From the IMG/VR virus record IMGVR_UViG_3300018412_000005: a DNA stretch of 38,532 nt, one strand, 5' to 3'. The translations under genes and the position numbers were made by a program. Shown here piece after piece: positions 1 to 8,605 of the stretch. The DNA is from a virus. Numbering within the stretch: position 1 is the first letter of the stretch; each line of letters opens with the position of its first letter. Under the pieces are notes generated by a model. The model did not search any database. It was not told where the DNA came from and worked only from the letters and a program-made list of their open reading frames with translations.

Positions 1-123
1 CAGATGGTCAGGGAGAATCACCTGTTTCCACCAGCGGAGCAGAGCGAACCGGACGAGGCGAGCAACGCGGCACCGATGTACCAGGAAGCGTTGCAGATGA
101 AAAGCCGAGTGATGCAGGCCGAC
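1..123. repeat. Terminal direct repeat copy 1 (circular-closure overlap)
   Basis: Bases 1-123 match 38410-38532 base for base. The repeat lies inside an open frame, and the 38409 bp unit is divisible by 3, so the frame is kept across the junction. Confidence 0.9.
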
Positions 124-3100
124 CAGTATCAAGAGGGGATGCAGAATTAATCCAGGCTGAGGAAAAGGCGGCAGAAGAAGCGCCGGCGCCAGTTGGTGAA
201 ACAACTCAGCAGGCAGTTAGTGCAGATAATCGCCCGGCCAAGATGTTTACCATTACGCCAGATATGGGAATTGGTGAAGGTGGCCAGAAAACTAAATTCA
301 AGAACAACCTTGAAGCAATCAAGATCCTGAAGTCTCTTGAGGCTGAAGGACGCCAGGCAACGCCAGAAGAACAGCAAGCGCTTGCGCGTTATGTTGGTTG
401 GGGCGGTATTCCTCAAGCGTTCTATGGTGATGCAGGTAAAGTATCAAAGGGGTGGGAGAAAGAGGCGGCACAGCTTAAAGAGTTGCTTACAGATGCTGAG
501 TATGATGCAGCGCGCCGAAGCACGCAGGATGCCCACTACACAAGCCAGGAGATTGTTACTTCAATCTGGAAGGCTGTTAAGGATATGGGTTTTACTGGTG
601 GCCGAGTGCTTGAGCCTTCAGTTGGTACTGGTAACTTTTTAGGGATGATGCCGGCAGGTGTTCGAGGAAAAAGCCAGATCACCGGCGTAGAGCTTGATCA
701 TATTACAGGCGGGATTGCTTCACACCTTTACCCAGGCGCAAACATTAAAACGCCAATGGGCTTTCAAGACTTCACTATGCCTGATGGTTACTTTGATCTG
801 GCAATAGGGAACCCGCCATTTGGGAGCCAGAAGCTATATGACGGTAAGCGCAAAGACTTATCTAAGTTCAGCATTCACAACTACTTCTTTGCAAAAAGCC
901 TGGATGGCCTGAAGCCTGGCGGCGTACTTGCAATGGTTGTCTCTAACCGCCTTATGGATGGTCAAAGCAATCAGGCAGCGCGTGAGTACATGGCTAATCG
1001 CGCAGACTTCCTTGGTGCGGTCAGGTTGCCTAATAACGCATTCCTAAAGAATGCCGGCACAGAAGTTACCACTGACATTGTTTTCCTTCAGAAGCGAGAG
1101 GAAGGCACGCCGCGTAAAGGTACTTCATGGAAGCGTACTGAATCAGTGAAAGACGCCAACGGCATTGAAACACCACTGAATGAATATTTTGTAAAGAATC
1201 CCGACATGATGCTTGGTGAATGGGGTGCATACGGCTCAATGTATGGACCTAATGACCCGGCGCTTGTTGCGCGTGAAGGTCAGGACACTGGCGCATTGTT
1301 GCGTGAGGCATTGGCTAAGTTACCAAAAGGGATTATGGCAGAGTCAAAAGCGGCGCCGGCAAAAGAAGAAGTGAAGCTATCCACCAGCGTTGATAACGTC
1401 AAAGTTGGTAGCATGTTCATTGATGGCGGCAAGGTGATGGTTCGCCAGGATAATGAGCTTGGTAGTATTCAGGCTGAGCCGGTTGAGTTTGCCAGCGACA
1501 AAGCGCGCCAGCGCGTTGAGGGCATGATCAAGGTTCGTGATGTGTTCACGGACTTGAGGAAGGCCCAGCTTACTGAAGGCGTGAAAGATGCTGCGCTTGA
1601 CGCGTTGCGCACGCGTCTTAATCGTGAGTATGACGCGTTTGTTAAGGCGCATGGTCCAATAAACTCAGATGCCAACAAGCGCTTATTCCGTGATGATCCC
1701 ACCTGGCCGCAGATTGCAGCATTGGAAGAATCATTCGATAAAGGCATTACGCCTGCAATGGCAAAGAAAACCGGCGAGCAATCGCGCAAGCCAAGCGCAA
1801 GCAAGGCTGCAATTTTCTTCAAGCGTACTCAGTCACCATATAAAGCGCCTACCAAAGCGGCAACCGCCAAGGATGCAATGGCGGCAAGTCTTTCAGAGTA
1901 TGGCGCCATTGATATGGATTACATGGCGAAGCTTTACAACAAGACGCCAGGATACATTGCCAATGAGCTTGGTGATCTTGTGTATGAGGTTGAGCCTGGC
2001 CGATTTGAAACGCGTGACCAATACCTTAGCGGCAATGTTAAGCAGAAGCTTGCCCAGGCAAGGCAGCTTGCCAAGGTAGACAGTAAGTACAAGCGCAACG
2101 TGCAAGCGCTTGAGGCGGTCCAGCCTGAAGATATTGAGGCCGTTGACATTGATGTTAAGCCTGGCGCTCACTGGTTGCCGCGTGAAGATATGAAGTCTTT
2201 TGTGGATCATGTGCTTGGCAATGAAAGCGGTAAGGCCGTGTATATTCCGACCAATGCTAAGTGGTCTATTGATGGTGTGCCTACAGAAGCAGCGCGCTCG
2301 CGTTGGGGTACTGACCGCGTGCAGGTGACTGATATTGTGGCAGCAGCTGCAAACCAGAAGCAGATTGTTGTGCGTGATCGCATTGACGAAAACACAACAA
2401 GAGTGAATGAGGCAGCTACCAATGCGGCCAATGAAAAGGTTGAGCGCTTAAAGGCTGAGTTTCGCCGTTGGGTATGGCAGGACGATGCGCGCCGTAGTCG
2501 GTTGACCAGGATTTATAACGACACATTTAACACCGATCGCTTGCGAGAGTTTGACGGTGGCCATCTTACATTCCCTGGCAAAGTAAGTGATGACATTATC
2601 AAGTTGCGCCCACACCAGGCTAATGCAGTTTGGCGTATCGTGCAGTCTGGAACTACCTTACTGGATCACGTTGTTGGTGCCGGCAAGACGTTCACTATGA
2701 TTGCTGGCGCTATGGAAATGCGCCGCATGGGCCGAGCTAAAAAGCCTATGTTTGTTGTTCCTAATCACCTTGTTGGCCAGTGGGCAGAGGACTTTACCAA
2801 GCTTTACCCTGGCGCTAATGTGCTGGCAGCCACCAAGAAGGACTTTGAGAAAGGAAACCGCAAGCGCCTATTTGCGCGCATTGCCACCGGTGATTGGGAT
2901 GCTGTTATTGTCGCTCACTCATCGTTCGGTAAAGTGGAAATGGATAAGGAGTTCCAGGAGCGATTTATCAATCAGCAGATCCGTGACATTGATGAGGCTA
3001 TCCAGAATATCCGGGCCCAGGATGGGCAGAAGTCACGAAGCATTAAGCAGATTGAGAAGCAGAAAGAGCGCCTTCAGGAAAAGCTGAAGAAGCTGTTTGA

Positions 3101-6100
3101 TGCAGAAAACAAGGATGACAACCTAACCTTTGGTGAGCTTGGTGTTGACGCTCTATTCCTGGATGAAGCGCATGAGTTTAAGAACCTTGGCTTTGCCACC
3201 AGCATGACCCGCGTTGCCGGCCTTGGTAATCCGCAAGGCAGCCAGAAGGCGGCAGACCTGTTTATGAAAACTCAGTTTGTCCTGGAAAAGACTGGCGGCA
3301 ATAACGTGGTATTTGCTACCGGTACGCCGATCAGCAATACCATGGCTGAAATGTACACCATGCAGCGTTATCTTGATTACCAGACGCTACAGGACCAGGG
3401 CATTGCACACTTTGACGCATGGGCGCGCATGTATGGCGAGGTTGTTACTGATTGGGAGTTGTCACCTTCAGGCACCTATAAGCTAAACAGCCGCTTCAGT
3501 AAGTTCGTGAATATCCCTGAGCTTATGCAGCGCTACCTATCGTTTGGTGATGTTATCAACCGTGATGACATTAACCGCCAGTTGGCAGCCCAGGGCAAGC
3601 GCCTACCAGTGCCAAAGGTTAAAGGCGGCAAGCCTCAGAATGTTGTGGTTACTCGCAGTGATGATCAGGCCGCTTATATCGGTGAACCTGTCACTGATGA
3701 GAATGGCCGCGAGTCATACCCTGAAGGAAGTCTTGTTTGGCGTGCTGAGCACTTGCCTAAGAAGCCTGAAAAGGGCGCGGATAACATGCTGAAGATTATG
3801 AGTGACGCCAGGAAGGCGGCGCTTGATATGCGCATGATAGACCCGGCCATGTACGGTGACTACGAAGGCAGCAAGGTAAATCAGGCGGCAGACAACATTA
3901 AGCGCATTTACGACCAGTGGAGTACAGACAAAGGCGCGCAGCTGGTATTCATTGATCTGAGCACACCGAAAGGAGCTAAGGCAAAAGAGGCGGCCAGAAT
4001 CCGCGATCTGATTGAAAAAGCAGATAACGGTGATGAGCGTGCCCAGGATGAGCTCGACAAGATGAGCCCTGATGAATTGTCAGCGCTTGACGGTGATTTC
4101 AGTGTTTACGATGACTTGCGCCAAAAGCTGATCAATAAGGGTATTCCTGAGCAGGAAATAGCATTTATTCACGATGCCAATACCGAGCTTCAGAAAGAAG
4201 AATTGTTTGGCAAGGTGCGTAGTGGCCGCATTCGTGTGCTGTTTGGCTCTACCGCAAAGATGGGCGCAGGCATGAACGTCCAAGAGCGCCTAGTTGCTCT
4301 ACACCACATGGATGCACCATGGCGGCCTTCAGACCTTGAGCAGCGTGAAGGCCGTATTATTCGCCAGGGCAACAAGCTGTATGAGCGCGATCCTGATGGG
4401 TTTGAGGTGGAGATTAACCGCTATGCAACCAAGCAAACGCTTGATAGCCGTATGTGGCAGACCATTGAAACCAAGGCGCGATTCATTGAGCAGGTCCGTA
4501 AAGGCAATACAAAGACGCGAGAAATTGAGGACGTTGGCGGTGAAGCAAGTAACGCAGCTGAAATGAAAGCGGCTTCAAGTGGTAATCCTCTTATCCTGGA
4601 AGAAATGGACTTGCGCCAGAAAATCAGAAAGCTTGAACAGCTTGAAGATGAGCATGACCGCGAGCAGTTCCGTATTCGTGACCAGGTGCGCCGCCTGAAG
4701 CTACGCATTGAAACCGGCAAGGATAGAATGCTGAAGTTCACGCGTGACGCAAAACAGGCCGAGAAGGCGCCAAAGGACTTTGCGATCACGATCAACAGCG
4801 GAAAGTACGACAAGCACAAGGAGGCTGGCCAGGCATTGCTGGCGGCAGCAAACAAGATGGCTGATGCAGGCCAGGAAACAAAGGCTATTGGTGAGTATGC
4901 AGGCTTTAAATTGCGCCTGGATAATATCAGTGGTGCTGAGTTCGTGATCACCATAGAGGGTGAGCAGGAATATCAGGTAGACATTCCAGATATTGCTGAA
5001 GCTGATCCTACTGGCTTGGCTATGCGAATCACCAACACAGTGAAGCGCATTAGTGCAGATGCCAAGAATGAAGCAGAGCTTATCAAGCAAGCTGAGCGAG
5101 ATATACCAGACCTTGAAGGGCAAATCGCTGATTGGTCACAGGCTGATGAGCTTGCAAAGGTTAAGGCGCGTCATGCCTTGGTTATTGCTGAGCTAAAGCC
5201 AAAGAACAAGGACCAGGAGGAAATTGAACAGGACGGTACAAGCGCCATGATGTATAACGCCGGTGCCGATGTTCCAATGCCTAACTGGCGTCCAACATAT
5301 CGCCAGGCTGGTGTACCTAAGCGCCCTGAAGGTGATGAGTTTGCTATTGGCGATCGGACTGTGAAGTTAAAGCCAGAGGATCAGCCAACTCGCCGTGAGG
5401 GTGTGCGCGTCATGGTTGAGGATGTTATAGGCCCAAGGCTTTATCAGGGCAAAGTGAAAGGCAAGTCAAAGCTTGGCTTCTACCGTAAGAACAACAGTGA
5501 GGTTCGTGTTGCCAATTATGATGATGTTGAGGTGATGGCCCATGAAATGGCTCACTACCTTGATATGCACTACCGCTACAACAAGCGCTTTACTAGGGCA
5601 TACAAGGACACCAAGTATCGTGATGAGGTTGCCAGCCTGAGCTACACAAGCCAGAAAAACCTGAAGTTTAAGGAAGGCTTTGCTGAATTTGTGCGCCTAT
5701 GGCTTACCAACTATGCAGAGGTAAAAGCGGCGGCGCCATTGTTTACTCAGCGCTTTGAGCAAGTGCTTGCTGAGGATTCAACACTCAACAAGAAAATGGT
5801 TAAGCTGCAGGATGAAATGCACCGGTGGTACCTGCAAGGCGCTCGCGCTCAGTTGCGCGCTAAGTCTGGTAAGGAGTTGAGTCAGTCTCAGCAGATCATT
5901 CAGTACATGCAGTCATACCCACTTGAGCGCTATCGCCAGGAAGTGATTGATAAGATCCATGCTGCAAAGGTGGTTGAGCGCACGCTTCATGGTGAGGTTC
6001 GTGATGCAGCGTTAAGCCCATTTAAGCAGTTCCAGCTTATCAATGGTGCGGAGTCGTTACATGAAGCGATCCTGAAAGATGGCACACCTTCACTTGCTGA

Positions 6101-8558
6101 AGATGGAACCTTTGAGTTTAACGGAAAGGGGCTTAACCAGGTGTTTTGGCCGGTATCAAAACATGGCTGGAAGCGTTTTGACTTGCTTATGGATTACTTC
6201 AAGGCTCGCCGGGCCAATGAGCTTATGAAGCAGGGCCGTGAAAGGCTGTTCACAAAGCAAGAGATTGAGGCCGGTTTAAAGCTTGGTGTTACATACCCTG
6301 AGTTCCGTGATGTGTTTAAGGAATATCAGGAGTTCAACAAGCGAATGCTGGACTTCTACGAGCAGATGGGTCTGATTGATGGGAAGCAGAAGCAAGCCTT
6401 TGCTGATGCCAACAAAAACTATGTTCCATTCCACCGGGTAATAGAACGCCTTGAAGATGGTGATCAGGCTGGAACAACGTCAATCGGCAAGCGCCTAAGT
6501 GGCGGTACTCAGAACGTGCGCGACATTGCTGAAAACATTGTTGAGGGCCTTTACTCAAATATCCGGGCAGCATTGATTGCCAGGGCCAAGCAGACGCTAT
6601 ACCGGGATATTATGACTAGCCAGGATGGATCACTGTTTGCTGTTAAGTTGTCGCCAGATAGCAAGCTGGTTAAGGTCGAGCAAACTCAGATGGCAGCAAA
6701 AATTGCTGAAGCCATGGCTGATGTTGGCCTAACAGTAAGTAAAGATGGAATGATTATGGCCGGCGATCCTGATGCGCAGATCACTGATGTTGATGATATT
6801 GCCCAGGCTCTTGAGTCTAACCCTGATCTGCTTAACTTCTGGACCTTTGGGCACAAGCCAACGACAGCAGAAACATACGTTGATAGCGCCATCATTGATG
6901 GTAAGCGCACCTGGTTTGAGGTTCGCAACCCATTGCTGGTGGACATGCTAACCGGTATGAGAGGGTTCAAGTCTGGCGCGTTGCTTAATGCCATGTTCCG
7001 CGTGAAGAACCTGCAAACTCGCACTGTAACGTCAATGCTTCAGTTCCTTGGTCCAAACGCTGTGCGCGATACGCTTAGCGCCTTTGTGATCAGCAAAAAC
7101 AAGTTCATTCCGGTATGGGACACCTTGATTGGTATGGGGCACGCCATATTCCACACCAAGCTTTACCGTGAGTTTCGTTTGCATGGTGGCGGCTATGGTA
7201 CCCGTATCGAGGCAAGAACAGAGGAAACCAGAAAGCGCCGGCAGCTTGATCTGCCAAGCCGCAATATGTGGGATACCGCAGCCAAGTTTCTGGCTGGCTA
7301 TGACCGCTTTGCTAGTGCATTTGAGTATGGTAGCCGCCTTGGTGATTATCGCCGTGGCCGCCAAGCTGGAAAGAATGCACTTGAGGCTGCATGGGAGGCC
7401 AGGGAAGTTGCAACAGACTTTAGCAAGATGGGGCGCAATGAGTTGTGGGCCAAGTTCCTTCGGACAGTTCCGTTTATGAATGCCGGTATCCAGGGCCTGG
7501 ATAAAACGGCGCGAGAGATATTTGAGTTGCGCGGTGAAATGAAGGGTAGCAACCTGGCAAAACTTGATGATGCGAAGGTGCGATTCCTGGCGGCTGGTGG
7601 CGTGCTTACACTTATGACAGTGATCTTATGGTTGCTGAATGAGGATGATGACCGGTACCAGGCATTGACGCCAGACCAAAAGGCGCGCTTCTGGTGGATC
7701 TTCCTTCCTGGTGCAGAGAAGCCTCTTAAAATTCCGCGTCCATACGATATAGGGCATTTGTTCGCAACCATACCAGAAGTTAGCCTTGACTATATCAAGG
7801 AGCGTGATGGTAAAGAGGCAGCGCAGACGCTGGCGTGGACCTTTGCTAATACGCTTGGCGTTGGCGATTACCCTGGCATATTCCAGCCAATGATTGAGGT
7901 GGCAAGGAATAAGAAGTTTACCGGCTCGCCTATCGTCCCTGAAAGGTTGATGCACGTTCCTAATGAGTATCAATTCACTGATCGCACGCCGCAGCTGTAC
8001 CGCAATCTTGGTGAGGCGCTTGGTGTGTCGCCATTGGTGGCTGAGCATTACATGAAAGGCTACTTGCGTTATGTTGAGGCGTATATCTCAGATGGCAGTG
8101 AAGCCTTGCTGTGGAATGAAAAAGAGTGGGGGGCGCGTCCATTCGTTAAAGAGCCGATTGATTACTTGACCTATCAATTCCAGGGGCAGCGCGTTCCTTA
8201 TCGAACTAAATGGACTGAAGGTTATTTTGAGCTCAAGAAAAAGGCAGCCGGCGCTAAGTCTGCATTTGACCTACTGACCGCACAAGCAATACGCGATCAG
8301 CAGCCAATGAAAGACTTTTCAGCAGACAAAGTTAACCAGTTGCTTATCAGCATGGATAACGCCTTTAGACAGATTGATAGCGCATTCAAGGACCAGGAAA
8401 CGGTTCTTGCAGCAATCAAGTACAACCCGGACCTAACCAGGGATGAGAAGGAAAGGAGAATAGAAAACTGGTACCAGCAGAAGAACAATGCTCTTGCGCA
8501 GTTCTATGAACAGGCCAACAAGGCCCTGGAACAAGTTGAAAGCGCTCTTTCCCAATAG
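1..8558 (+). CDS. Giant polyvalent virion protein, C-terminal 2852 codons (continues from 36003..38409; whole ORF 3654 aa)
   Basis: Frame 3 has no stop from base 3 to the TAG at 8556-8558. The track's ATG at 243 is internal. I translated frame 3 by hand from 36003 to 38532 and from 3 to 243 and found no stop. It carries methyltransferase, SNF2 helicase and HExxH motifs (see sub-features). Confidence 0.85.
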   Translation, partial: DGQGESPVSTSGAERTGRGEQRGTDVPGSVADEKPSDAGRPVSRGDAELIQAEEKAAEEAPAPVGETTQQAVSADNRPAKMFTITPDMGIGEGGQKTKFKNNLEAIKILKSLEAEGRQATPEEQQALARYVGWGGIPQAFYGDAGKVSKGWEKEAAQLKELLTDAEYDAARRSTQDAHYTSQEIVTSIWKAVKDMGFTGGRVLEPSVGTGNFLGMMPAGVRGKSQITGVELDHITGGIASHLYPGANIKTPMGFQDFTMPDGYFDLAIGNPPFGSQKLYDGKRKDLSKFSIHNYFFAKSLDGLKPGGVLAMVVSNRLMDGQSNQAAREYMANRADFLGAVRLPNNAFLKNAGTEVTTDIVFLQKREEGTPRKGTSWKRTESVKDANGIETPLNEYFVKNPDMMLGEWGAYGSMYGPNDPALVAREGQDTGALLREALAKLPKGIMAESKAAPAKEEVKLSTSVDNVKVGSMFIDGGKVMVRQDNELGSIQAEPVEFASDKARQRVEGMIKVRDVFTDLRKAQLTEGVKDAALDALRTRLNREYDAFVKAHGPINSDANKRLFRDDPTWPQIAALEESFDKGITPAMAKKTGEQSRKPSASKAAIFFKRTQSPYKAPTKAATAKDAMAASLSEYGAIDMDYMAKLYNKTPGYIANELGDLVYEVEPGRFETRDQYLSGNVKQKLAQARQLAKVDSKYKRNVQALEAVQPEDIEAVDIDVKPGAHWLPREDMKSFVDHVLGNESGKAVYIPTNAKWSIDGVPTEAARSRWGTDRVQVTDIVAAAANQKQIVVRDRIDENTTRVNEAATNAANEKVERLKAEFRRWVWQDDARRSRLTRIYNDTFNTDRLREFDGGHLTFPGKVSDDIIKLRPHQANAVWRIVQSGTTLLDHVVGAGKTFTMIAGAMEMRRMGRAKKPMFVVPNHLVGQWAEDFTKLYPGANVLAATKKDFEKGNRKRLFARIATGDWDAVIVAHSSFGKVEMDKEFQERFINQQIRDIDEAIQNIRAQDGQKSRSIKQIEKQKERLQEKLKKLFDAENKDDNLTFGELGVDALFLDEAHEFKNLGFATSMTRVAGLGNPQGSQKAADLFMKTQFVLEKTGGNNVVFATGTPISNTMAEMYTMQRYLDYQTLQDQGIAHFDAWARMYGEVVTDWELSPSGTYKLNSRFSKFVNIPELMQRYLSFGDVINRDDINRQLAAQGKRLPVPKVKGGKPQNVVVTRSDDQAAYIGEPVTDENGRESYPEGSLVWRAEHLPKKPEKGADNMLKIMSDARKAALDMRMIDPAMYGDYEGSKVNQAADNIKRIYDQWSTDKGAQLVFIDLSTPKGAKAKEAARIRDLIEKADNGDERAQDELDKMSPDELSALDGDFSVYDDLRQKLINKGIPEQEIAFIHDANTELQKEELFGKVRSGRIRVLFGSTAKMGAGMNVQERLVALHHMDAPWRPSDLEQREGRIIRQGNKLYERDPDGFEVEINRYATKQTLDSRMWQTIETKARFIEQVRKGNTKTREIEDVGGEASNAAEMKAASSGNPLILEEMDLRQKIRKLEQLEDEHDREQFRIRDQVRRLKLRIETGKDRMLKFTRDAKQAEKAPKDFAITINSGKYDKHKEAGQALLAAANKMADAGQETKAIGEYAGFKLRLDNISGAEFVITIEGEQEYQVDIPDIAEADPTGLAMRITNTVKRISADAKNEAELIKQAERDIPDLEGQIADWSQADELAKVKARHALVIAELKPKNKDQEEIEQDGTSAMMYNAGADVPMPNWRPTYRQAGVPKRPEGDEFAIGDRTVKLKPEDQPTRREGVRVMVEDVIGPRLYQGKVKGKSKLGFYRKNNSEVRVANYDDVEVMAHEMAHYLDMHYRYNKRFTRAYKDTKYRDEVASLSYTSQKNLKFKEGFAEFVRLWLTNYAEVKAAAPLFTQRFEQVLAEDSTLNKKMVKLQDEMHRWYLQGARAQLRAKSGKELSQSQQIIQYMQSYPLERYRQEVIDKIHAAKVVERTLHGEVRDAALSPFKQFQLINGAESLHEAILKDGTPSLAEDGTFEFNGKGLNQVFWPVSKHGWKRFDLLMDYFKARRANELMKQGRERLFTKQEIEAGLKLGVTYPEFRDVFKEYQEFNKRMLDFYEQMGLIDGKQKQAFADANKNYVPFHRVIERLEDGDQAGTTSIGKRLSGGTQNVRDIAENIVEGLYSNIRAALIARAKQTLYRDIMTSQDGSLFAVKLSPDSKLVKVEQTQMAAKIAEAMADVGLTVSKDGMIMAGDPDAQITDVDDIAQALESNPDLLNFWTFGHKPTTAETYVDSAIIDGKRTWFEVRNPLLVDMLTGMRGFKSGALLNAMFRVKNLQTRTVTSMLQFLGPNAVRDTLSAFVISKNKFIPVWDTLIGMGHAIFHTKLYREFRLHGGGYGTRIEARTEETRKRRQLDLPSRNMWDTAAKFLAGYDRFASAFEYGSRLGDYRRGRQAGKNALEAAWEAREVATDFSKMGRNELWAKFLRTVPFMNAGIQGLDKTAREIFELRGEMKGSNLAKLDDAKVRFLAAGGVLTLMTVILWLLNEDDDRYQALTPDQKARFWWIFLPGAEKPLKIPRPYDIGHLFATIPEVSLDYIKERDGKEAAQTLAWTFANTLGVGDYPGIFQPMIEVARNKKFTGSPIVPERLMHVPNEYQFTDRTPQLYRNLGEALGVSPLVAEHYMKGYLRYVEAYISDGSEALLWNEKEWGARPFVKEPIDYLTYQFQGQRVPYRTKWTEGYFELKKKAAGAKSAFDLLTAQAIRDQQPMKDFSADKVNQLLISMDNAFRQIDSAFKDQETVLAAIKYNPDLTRDEKERRIENWYQQKNNALAQFYEQANKALEQVESALSQ
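285..1260 (+). other. N6-adenine DNA methyltransferase domain inside the giant ORF
   Basis: AdoMet motif VLEPSVGTGNF lies at nt 606-638 and the catalytic AIGNPPFG has NPPF at nt 810-821. Motif I precedes motif IV. The preceding LARYVGWGG segment is typical of the methylase-helicase fusions of plasmids and phages (the P1 DarB / COG4646 type, from memory). Confidence 0.75.
1600..1638. repeat. 11-bp-phased hexamer array L1 (4 units)
   Basis: ACGCGT at 1600, ACGCGT at 1611, TCGTGA at 1622 and ACGCGT at 1633. Confidence 0.8.
2600..4380 (+). other. SNF2/DEAH-box helicase domain inside the giant ORF
   Basis: Motifs seen: LRPHQ (2604), Walker A GAGKT (2676-2690), DEAH (3162-3173), ATGTPISN, RVLFGSTAKMGAGMNVQ, and motif VI QREGRIIRQG (4341-4370). 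Confidence 0.8.
5541..5555 (+). other. HExxH zinc-metallopeptidase motif (HEMAH) inside the giant ORF
   Basis: The sequence VMAHEMAHYLD is followed about 38 residues later by KEGFAEF, a possible third-ligand Glu as in gluzincins. Confidence 0.55.
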
Positions 8559-8605
8559 GGCGAGAGCGTTATAATGATTAAAGTTGCAAACATAGGAGAA
8601 GAAAG

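Noticed and set aside
1-123. The 123-bp identical ends as a genuine direct terminal repeat or as mobile-element ends.
   Set aside because: The repeat is direct rather than inverted. It sits in-frame in the middle of a coding region, and the terminase and portal are of the headful P22 type. An assembly overlap of a circular or permuted genome is the simpler reading. Read-end data would be needed to be certain.
147-8048. Many antisense or alternate-frame ORFs inside the giant gene (for example 147..416 -, 1469..1822 -, 4421..4954 -, 7346..7771 -, 7626..8048 -), and similar ones inside other long genes.
   Set aside because: They lie wholly within long ORFs that carry clear catalytic motifs. They lack ribosome-binding sites and translate to low-complexity Ser/Arg/Leu-rich strings, as expected by chance opposite genes of this composition.
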